Assembly (NCBI GenBank): GCA_043810595.1
Contig: JBDRNX010000032.1
Location: 38,219 to 102,218, forward strand
Length of the DNA stretch: 64,000 nucleotides
Origin: an archaeon
GTDB taxonomy: Archaea; Nanobdellota; Nanobdellia; SCGC-AAA011-G17; VGLX01
Reading direction: 5' to 3'
This document shows positions 63,826 through 64,000 of the stretch, piece by piece; the stretch's first letter is position 1, and each line of letters starts with the position of its first letter. The notes under the pieces were generated by a model. The model was not told where the DNA came from. It searched no databases and saw nothing but the letters and a program-made list of their open reading frames with translations. A program made the translations under genes and the position numbers.

Positions 63826-64000
63826 ATGAGGGTCACTGTAATTGGCTGTGGCGATGTTACCAAGATTCATCGCTTTGCTGGCATGTCCGAGTCAGAGGCT
63901 TCTGACTTAGTTGACAAGGTTGGCAAACTTCTTGCTGAAAGCGGTGTTGAAATTGTTTTGGTTCCTGCTCGCGGTATCCCTTATGAGGTTGCTAAGGCTT
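63826..64000 (+). CDS. Rossmann-fold protein (LOG/TIGR00725-like), 3' truncated by window end
   Basis: MRVTVIGCGDVTKIH...VEIVLVPARG. Confidence 0.3.
   Translation, partial: MRVTVIGCGDVTKIHRFAGMSESEASDLVDKVGKLLAESGVEIVLVPARGIPYEVAKA

Overview
The window is a gene-dense, low-GC chromosomal segment from an archaeon. Its compact gene content, many cysteine-rich surface proteins and strong GGAGG ribosome-binding sites look DPANN/nanoarchaeon-like, but that lineage call is inference only.

Archaeal information-processing genes dominate:
- Recombination and repair: RadA, endonuclease Q, a RecJ/GAN-like DHH nuclease.
- Transcription: TFB.
- Translation and RNA processing: aEF-1beta, Pelota, aIF2-alpha, Nop10, Sm protein, Bud32, TruD, RNase Z, tRNA-splicing endonuclease EndA.
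- Protein targeting: FtsY and SRP54.
- Ribosomal proteins: L44e, S27e, L37e, S8e, S15, S3Ae.

Several textbook archaeal operons are intact. They are L44e-S27e-aIF2alpha-Nop10-PAC2 with 1-2 nt start/stop overlaps, Sm-L37e, Zn-ribbon-aEF1beta and S15-RecJ.

Six tRNA genes are present. One to three of them carry introns, some at non-canonical positions. RNase Z and EndA sit as a divergent gene pair.

Three short ORFs missed by the 60-aa track were recovered by eye. They are Nop10 (55 aa), L37e (54 aa) and the Zn-ribbon protein upstream of aEF-1beta (58 aa).

The most unusual items are:
- A complete bacterial-type sigma-70 factor (regions 1.2 to 4.2) fused to a ~235-aa N-terminal domain of unknown function, embedded between archaeal core genes.
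- Three paralogous loci (14.7-17.0 kb, 29.9-35.6 kb, 43.8-52.4 kb). In each, a protein with a type-IV-pilin-like class III signal peptide ([KR][KR]G then Q or K, then a hydrophobic stretch) precedes large cysteine-rich secreted proteins, including one of 1127 aa with eight ~45-aa Cys repeats and one of 1926 aa. A prepilin (A24) peptidase gene is also present.
- A free-standing LAGLIDADG endonuclease gene directly upstream of an intron-containing tRNA.
- A RadA whose Walker A motif reads GEFGASKS instead of GEFGSGKT.
- A putative surface-glycan gene cluster at the window start, containing tandem NUDIX paralogs.
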